DNA of 64,000 bases from Lytechinus pictus. Taxonomy: Eukaryota. The position numbers were made by a program, and so were the translations under genes. Where the stretch lies: positions 6,572,001-6,636,000 of the forward strand of contig NC_087250.1 in NCBI RefSeq assembly GCF_037042905.1, given 5' to 3'. This document shows, piece after piece, positions 63,916 through 64,000 of this stretch; within the stretch, counting starts at the first letter, position 1; each line of letters begins with the position of its first letter. The notes under the pieces were generated by a model. The model worked only from the letters and a program-made list of their open reading frames with translations. It was not told the DNA's origin and ran no database searches.

Positions 63916-64000
63916 TGCACTGTATAACGATCTAAACGTAGAGGGCGCTCTTTAATATACTTGAAAGAAAGGACAAGTCGGCTCAGAGACGAGCGGAAAC

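Overview
AT-rich, repeat-dense eukaryotic DNA. The repeat families and a DEATH-domain exon suggest a marine invertebrate, probably a sea urchin (inference). No prokaryotic features or CRISPR arrays. Main contents: (1) A near-intact ~6.8-kb LINE on the minus strand (~53450-60270, RTE-X/Proto2-like). It has a 936-aa PHD-finger ORF1 and an APE-RT-CCHC ORF2 with no ATG. The ORF2 frame overlaps ORF1 by ~285 nt in the -1 frame and has an in-phase A_AAU_UUU slippery heptamer near the start of the overlap; a single 1-nt lesion separates EN from RT. (2) The 5' part of a probable host immune gene on the plus strand: putative non-coding exon ending 32509, DEATH-domain exon 39280-39573, possible 30-nt micro-exon 52298-52327. 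(3) A young 2.7-kb foldback element (943-3664) with ~850-bp arms built from palindromic 31-mers. (4) Two large foldback/Academ-like elements, one holding a copy of nearby genomic DNA. (5) An ancient CR1/L2-group LINE in the DEATH gene's intron, cut into pieces by nested insertions. (6) Penelope-like remnants with degenerate hammerhead motifs, tRNA-derived SINEs, Helentron-like (HINE) elements, many MITEs and satellites. All family assignments come from reading motifs by eye, not from database searches.
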